In this document: piece after piece, positions 58,838 through 64,000 of the stretch | Numbering within the stretch: position 1 is the stretch's first letter | How the letters are laid out: each line of letters starts with the position of its first letter | From: Runella sp. | Lineage (GTDB): Bacteria > Bacteroidota > Bacteroidia > Cytophagales > Spirosomataceae | Reading direction: 5' to 3' | Assembly: GCA_023254175.1 (NCBI GenBank) | Contig: JALQYJ010000101.1 | Location: forward strand, 9,173 to 73,172 | DNA length: 64,000 bases | Translations under genes and position numbers: made by a program | The notes under the pieces: generated by a model | What the model was told of the DNA's origin: nothing | Database searches by the model: none | Seen by the model: only the letters and a program-made list of their open reading frames with translations

Positions 58838-60678
58838 AAACTATTCTTAGATAAATAAGATTCAATGGTTACTAATGCCCATATGTGAAGCCACAAAACA
58901 CCATTTCTATTATTTTTAAAATCATCTAATAACATAAAAAGTGCTTTTTTATCAAATATACCTCTTTGTGAAAGTGCTTGGATGTTCTCAGTACAAAATG
59001 AAAATAAGTCATTCCGTAGCCAATCTTCCCAAGGAAATGTAAAACCTTTTTTGGGTCGATATACAATTTCAGATGGAAGAAGGTCACCCAAAGATTTAAC
59101 TAATAAACTTTTAGGAATATTGGGTTTATATTTAAATTTGTCTGGCACAGATAGTAAAAACTCAACTAATTGATAATCAAAAAAAGGTTCTCGTATTTCA
59201 AGGGCAGATGCCATACTCATTTGATCAGTATCTTTGAGTAAGACATCTAAGGTATAATTTGTTAGCTCTGCGATACTGTATTGACTTAGTAATGGATAAT
59301 TTCTTAAATCACCTTTGTTTAAATCAAACCAAGTACTTCTTCTAGGTAAACTTATTCCTAAATCCTCTATTTCTTTTGGTAAAAATATAGCCCTACTATT
59401 AGCATAAAACGTTGATAGATTTACTTTTTTATTTTTAAATAAATCAATTATTTTATTTCCCTGCCGTGTATTAGGTAGAAGAGGGGTAATCAAATTAAAA
59501 AAAGTATGTATGGGTAAATTTGACCATTGATTGAAACGACGAAATCGATTGAAACCTGGGTATCCTCCAAATAATTCATCCCCTCCTAGACCAGATAGTA
59601 CTACTTTCCCGCCAGCTTGGCCGACAATTTTTGAAACCACATAAGTGTTAAGTCCATCAGTAGTAGGACTATCCATTTTTGAAAAATATTCAGGTAATTC
59701 ATCTAATAAACGGGATGCATTGAGTAATAATTCAGTATGTTTGGTTTTATACTTATTTGCTATAATTTTTGCAAATTTAGATTCATCAAATTCTTCTTCT
59801 TTAAAAATGATACTATATGTTTCAACGGGCTTTTTAGAGAATTGGGCCATTATGGCAACAATCGCTGAAGAATCAATACCCCCTGAGAGGAACGCACCAA
59901 CTGGAACATCGGCAATCATTCTACTCTTTACGGCCGCTGTAAGTAAATTTCTTGTTTGGTGAATGGTCTCTTCATAACTAAGACTAAATACAGGTTTTTC
60001 TTGTGTAATACTCCAATACTGGGAAATTGTAAAACCTTTTTTGTTGTAAACAGCAAAATGTCCTGGAGGAAGCTGCTTAATTGCACTAATAATACTTCTT
60101 GGAGTTTTAACAGCTTGAAATCCTAAGATATCAATGATTGCTTCATTATTAATTTCTTTAGAAACTTCATTGGTCGACAATATTGATCTTATTTCAGATG
60201 AAAAAATAAGCTTAGTCTCATCATAACTATAATACAGAGGTTTTACCCCCAAACGATCGCGAGCAATAAACAACTCACTTTTTAAACAATCCCAAATAGC
60301 AAAAGCAAACATCCCGTTCAGATGTTGCAAACAATCAACTCCCCACTTCTGAAATGAAGCTAAAATAACTTCAGTGTCTGAGTTAGTCTTCCATTCATAA
60401 TTATGAATTTTTTGTCTTAGTGATTGATAATTGTATATCTCCCCATTGAATACAATTACATAACGGTTGGTACTGTCAAAAAAAGGCTGGTTAGCTCCAT
60501 CACTAGTATCAATAATTGATAAACGCCTATGGCCTAATGCGATACCATCAGCAATATAAAACCCTTCAGCATCTGGTCCACGATGGGCAAGTAATCGAGT
60601 TTGTATTTCAACAATACTTCTTAAAGTATCATTATTATAATTTGATGAAAAAGAGAGAATACCAGCTATACCACACAC
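58834..60678 (-). CDS. asnB: Asparagine synthase-like glutamine amidotransferase (polysaccharide amidation)
   Basis: GTG start, (M)CGIAG, HRGPD, FNGEIYN, RDRLGVKPL, LSGGIDSS, LSGLGGDELFGGY, RPKKGF. Confidence 0.92.
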   Translation of the reverse strand: MCGIAGILSFSSNYNNDTLRSIVEIQTRLLAHRGPDAEGFYIADGIALGHRRLSIIDTSDGANQPFFDSTNRYVIVFNGEIYNYQSLRQKIHNYEWKTNSDTEVILASFQKWGVDCLQHLNGMFAFAIWDCLKSELFIARDRLGVKPLYYSYDETKLIFSSEIRSILSTNEVSKEINNEAIIDILGFQAVKTPRSIISAIKQLPPGHFAVYNKKGFTISQYWSITQEKPVFSLSYEETIHQTRNLLTAAVKSRMIADVPVGAFLSGGIDSSAIVAIMAQFSKKPVETYSIIFKEEEFDESKFAKIIANKYKTKHTELLLNASRLLDELPEYFSKMDSPTTDGLNTYVVSKIVGQAGGKVVLSGLGGDELFGGYPGFNRFRRFNQWSNLPIHTFFNLITPLLPNTRQGNKIIDLFKNKKVNLSTFYANSRAIFLPKEIEDLGISLPRRSTWFDLNKGDLRNYPLLSQYSIAELTNYTLDVLLKDTDQMSMASALEIREPFFDYQLVEFLLSVPDKFKYKPNIPKSLLVKSLGDLLPSEIVYRPKKGFTFPWEDWLRNDLFSFCTENIQALSQRGIFDKKALFMLLDDFKNNRNGVLWLHIWALVTIESYLSKNSL

Positions 60679-60691
60679 AATTTGAAATCAT

Positions 60692-61861
60692 TTAATCGTT
60701 TGACTTTATTAGCCTATATACAGACGCAATCACCTCACTTGGGCGAATTTTTTTCATGCATAAATAATCATTAAAACAACTCTCACTTAAACATATACTA
60801 CACTGAATATCGTCTGCACGATGGACGAAGTTTTTATTATTGAGCGGAGGATACCAAAGATAAGGATAATCACGATTACTAAAAATTGAAACAACAGGAG
60901 TACCAAAAGCATAAGAAAGATGCATAGGGCCTGTATCATTTGCAACGGTTAATAAACATTTTTGGAAAAGTAATCCACTTTGAAGGGGGGTAAGTAAACC
61001 ACAAAAAGAGTAAGTATTCGGAATGTGAGTTAAGTCACGAGCCAAACTAATATCATCTTTTCCTCCTATTATAATAATATTATATGTATTGGAAAACTCT
61101 TCTATCAATTCTTTGAAATATGTAATAGGCCAACGATTTGAAAGTCTTTTTGCCCCAATTACAATAGCTATTGTTTGTAAATTTTTATTTTTTATTTTTT
61201 TTAGGTATAAGTCGTCAACAATATTTTTGTCATTTTGATTAATAGAAAAAGAAAATTTATCGGTATAAAAAATTGTTAAATTATACTTATCAGCTAGTAG
61301 ATTGTTTAAACGAGTTCTTTCATCATCAAATATAACGTACTTGTTTTGTGTTTTTCTGAAAATATTAATAATGCTTACATTCCAACCAAAACCACTTTTT
61401 ATTCCAACCAAAAAACGAAAGAAAAAAATATCTCTAATAGACTTTAATAATCCGCTTCCTTGCTGTGTCAAATGTATAATTAAATCATATTTATTTTTTC
61501 TTAATAATCTGATTAATTGGTAGAAAGATTTATCATCATAATTTATAATATTATCAAAATAAATAGGGTTTAAAAAGCTCTCAAGTGAAATTGAATTTTT
61601 GTTTATTCCTGTTGAGGTAAGAATATCAACCTTCGAGTCAGGGAAATTTTCCTTTATGTTCATGATGGCAGGTATTGAGCAAATACCATCTCCAATCGAA
61701 CCAATCCTAAACACTAATATATTTTTAGGAAGTTTATTTTCTACGTAGAATAATTTGGTTAAAAAATTAATTAAAAAATTATATATAAAAAGCAAAAATT
61801 CAATTAATGACAACATTAATTTGTCATTAATTGATAGTTTACTATTATTTTTTATTTTCAT
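60692..61861 (-). CDS. Glycosyltransferase family 9 (heptosyltransferase-like)
   Basis: ILVFRIGSIGD, KRLSNRWP..YF, ANDTGPMHL..AFGTPVVSIF, CMKKI. Confidence 0.85.
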   Translation of the reverse strand: MKIKNNSKLSINDKLMLSLIEFLLFIYNFLINFLTKLFYVENKLPKNILVFRIGSIGDGICSIPAIMNIKENFPDSKVDILTSTGINKNSISLESFLNPIYFDNIINYDDKSFYQLIRLLRKNKYDLIIHLTQQGSGLLKSIRDIFFFRFLVGIKSGFGWNVSIINIFRKTQNKYVIFDDERTRLNNLLADKYNLTIFYTDKFSFSINQNDKNIVDDLYLKKIKNKNLQTIAIVIGAKRLSNRWPITYFKELIEEFSNTYNIIIIGGKDDISLARDLTHIPNTYSFCGLLTPLQSGLLFQKCLLTVANDTGPMHLSYAFGTPVVSIFSNRDYPYLWYPPLNNKNFVHRADDIQCSICLSESCFNDYLCMKKIRPSEVIASVYRLIKSND

Positions 61862-61863
61862 AA

Positions 61864-62658
61864 TTAAATAATGGAATTTTCAAACAAATAAACATCAGGA
61901 CTAATTGAATTTCCAGGCAATATCAAATCAAAGCCAAAATCGATGATTTTTTGTATCAATTCCGCTTTATTCTGACTAGGTAAATTGTGAATTTCTATCA
62001 AAAGGAATCTTACATGGCGAATATTATTGATATTATCAGAGTAAAACAATTCATATTCTGCTCCTTCAATATCTATTTTACAAATATCAATTACAGAACC
62101 TTCAAAATATTTTTTATAGATTGTATTAAATGAGTATCCTTGTACATTGTATAATTCTTGATCTCCAAAATCTTTACTATAAATATTCAGTCCAGTCGAA
62201 CCCAAATTATCCGTAGTAGGAATTATAGTGTCATTACCAGATGCTGCAGCATTAACGATTTCTATTTTTATATTTCTACTGAGGTTATATAATAAATTAA
62301 AATGAAGCCTTAAATATGTTTTGTAATTAAATTCAACAGCTACAATTTTCTTTAGTTGATTTTTTTGGGACATTAAAGATAATACAAACCCCCCATTGTT
62401 TGCTCCAATATCTAGGATGTTTTGAATTGAAACATTTTTGTTTTGTAATATAATTATAAATTCGTCGTATAATTTCCGAGAAATGACATGCCTAGCCCCT
62501 GTCGAATCGCCACCGTCGTAATCAGTAATGAAATGTAAATCCCCTTTCTTGTAAAACGACATTCTTGACTTCAAAAATCGCTGAATTACAAGTGAAATAA
62601 AATTGTCAAAAAAATAAAATTCTTTTAAAGCATTTACCTTTCTAATTATAAGATTCAT
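61864..62658 (-). CDS. FkbM family methyltransferase
   Basis: LDIGANNG, AVE, KIDIEGAEY, LIEIH. Confidence 0.85.
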   Translation of the reverse strand: MNLIIRKVNALKEFYFFDNFISLVIQRFLKSRMSFYKKGDLHFITDYDGGDSTGARHVISRKLYDEFIIILQNKNVSIQNILDIGANNGGFVLSLMSQKNQLKKIVAVEFNYKTYLRLHFNLLYNLSRNIKIEIVNAAASGNDTIIPTTDNLGSTGLNIYSKDFGDQELYNVQGYSFNTIYKKYFEGSVIDICKIDIEGAEYELFYSDNINNIRHVRFLLIEIHNLPSQNKAELIQKIIDFGFDLILPGNSISPDVYLFENSII

Positions 62659-64000
62659 AGGTGTAAAAATTTGAATGATAAAGATGACAAAAAGGAAGTA
62701 ATGTAAGAAAAAATGGATATAGAAATGACAAATCTAATAAAAACAAATACATCGCCAAAGGTTTCTTCGTATAAATTCATTGACAACATAATAATTTGTA
62801 TAAAAAACAATAACAATACAAAATAATTATTTGCAAACCTGATAATTTTATAGGCAAAATATATTAAACCTAGAAATGCACATATATATAAACCTATCCC
62901 TATATAACCAAAGTCTATTAATCCTTGTAAAATAATAGTATCACCAACATCGTCAAAATCCATTAAACTACCAAATCTTTTAGTATAAAGAGGCTCATTC
63001 ACTAATATATTCTCTTTATTAAAAAAGAAATTCCCAGGAGTTGCGACTTTAAATGCATTCATTACCCCTTCTCCATTTAGTAAATGGATGTCAAAAGTTT
63101 CATAAATATAACAAAATCGTGCAACAGGTAAATGAGTTGCAAAAAAACGTTTAGCAGTATAAATGTCATTTGCCTCTTCTAAAACACTTGTGTCAATATC
63201 AGTAAATATGTTGAATAGCAATTCATAGTCCTGGTTATTTATAATCGTATTGAATTCATAGAGTCTCAAACTTTGAAAAGCATTGAAAGCAAGAATAATA
63301 AAAAAACATAATAGGGAACCTGAAAGTATTTTTTTCCAGGTTATTTTTAATGTTTCAAAACTATAATAATTGAAAATAAATAAATATATTCCTATTATTA
63401 ATGAGCGTTTGTTCATTAGTAATAGCCAAGGTAATTGTAGTAGGAGGATAAAATACCAAACAAATAGAAACTTTGCTTTTATCTTTATATAGTATCCAGA
63501 TAAAAATGGTAGTAAAAAAAAACAGGGGAAAAGAATTGCTAAAACTGGACTTATGCCATTCTCAATTGCATTTTCACTGAATCCTCCTAGTGCAAACTGA
63601 CCATTGATTGCAAAGTAAATTTGACTTGCTAGCAAAAACAAGCTCAGTACTGTAAAAAAAAAGTATTTTTTTGATAGATATCCTAAAATAGAGGTGTGAA
63701 TAGACCGAAAAAACGTTGATAAAATAAAACCTAAAAGCAAGATTGTTACCCCCCAGATATTTAATAAAATTTGCGATTTTATTAAATATCGATTGTTAAT
63801 ACCTTCTTCAATCAACCATTGTTGCCAGCTAGTTGAAATTATATTTATTTTATTGTATGTTATTATTGGAGCTAATCCTAAATAAATAAAAAAGATAAAA
63901 CTACCTACAATAAAAGGGTTATTTCGGTACTCAAAAGATGGTAGTGTAATTATTGCAATAAAAAGAGTGAATAGTACCTGAATAATTGAATTGAATAAAA
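62655..64000 (-). CDS. Multi-pass membrane protein, probable O-antigen/EPS polymerase (Wzy-like); 5' end outside the window
   Basis: Many hydrophobic segments plus a late loop; the frame stays open upstream of the listed TTG (63815) to the window edge (LFNSIIQVLF...SWQQWLIEEG). Confidence 0.6.
   Translation of the reverse strand, partial: LFNSIIQVLFTLFIAIITLPSFEYRNNPFIVGSFIFFIYLGLAPIITYNKINIISTSWQQWLIEEGINNRYLIKSQILLNIWGVTILLLGFILSTFFRSIHTSILGYLSKKYFFFTVLSLFLLASQIYFAINGQFALGGFSENAIENGISPVLAILFPCFFLLPFLSGYYIKIKAKFLFVWYFILLLQLPWLLLMNKRSLIIGIYLFIFNYYSFETLKITWKKILSGSLLCFFIILAFNAFQSLRLYEFNTIINNQDYELLFNIFTDIDTSVLEEANDIYTAKRFFATHLPVARFCYIYETFDIHLLNGEGVMNAFKVATPGNFFFNKENILVNEPLYTKRFGSLMDFDDVGDTIILQGLIDFGYIGIGLYICAFLGLIYFAYKIIRFANNYFVLLLFFIQIIMLSMNLYEETFGDVFVFIRFVISISIFSYITSFLSSLSFKFLHL

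Noticed and set aside
63514-63662. A8 and A9 runs in the Wzy-like gene as phase-variation tracts
   Set aside because: Expected by chance in very AT-rich DNA; the frame is intact

Overview
Chromosomal segment of a Bacteroidota bacterium, most likely Cytophagales (Spirosomaceae, Runella-like; inferred from gene content, TAnnTTTG promoter boxes and protein style). Positions 1-46.8 kb are a moderate-GC backbone. It carries housekeeping genes (prs, rplY, trxA, miaA-like, pyrG, rarA, ade, lepA, pdhC, hslV, pth), scattered glycoside hydrolases (GH97, GH16, GH109) with no SusC/D, a subclass A2 beta-lactamase and an atypical D-Ala-D-Ala ligase. It also holds several uncharacterised periplasmic modules: a cupredoxin + beta-propeller pair, a heteromeric amidohydrolase pair, a DUF1549/DUF1553 cytochrome c + DUF1501 pair, and a stand-alone circularly permuted ATP-grasp gene. 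Several genes are eroded by internal deletions (two Uma2-like, an enoyl-CoA hydratase, others). From 46.8 kb to the end is the distal part of a minus-strand surface-polysaccharide locus that becomes very AT-rich: two Wzi, two initiating sugar-phosphate transferases, an inverted rmlC, GT2/GT4/GT9/GT26, two FkbM, AsnB and a Wzy-like gene running off the edge. I found no tRNA, rRNA, CRISPR array, intact transposase or prophage. All family assignments come from motif recognition by eye; no database searches were run.
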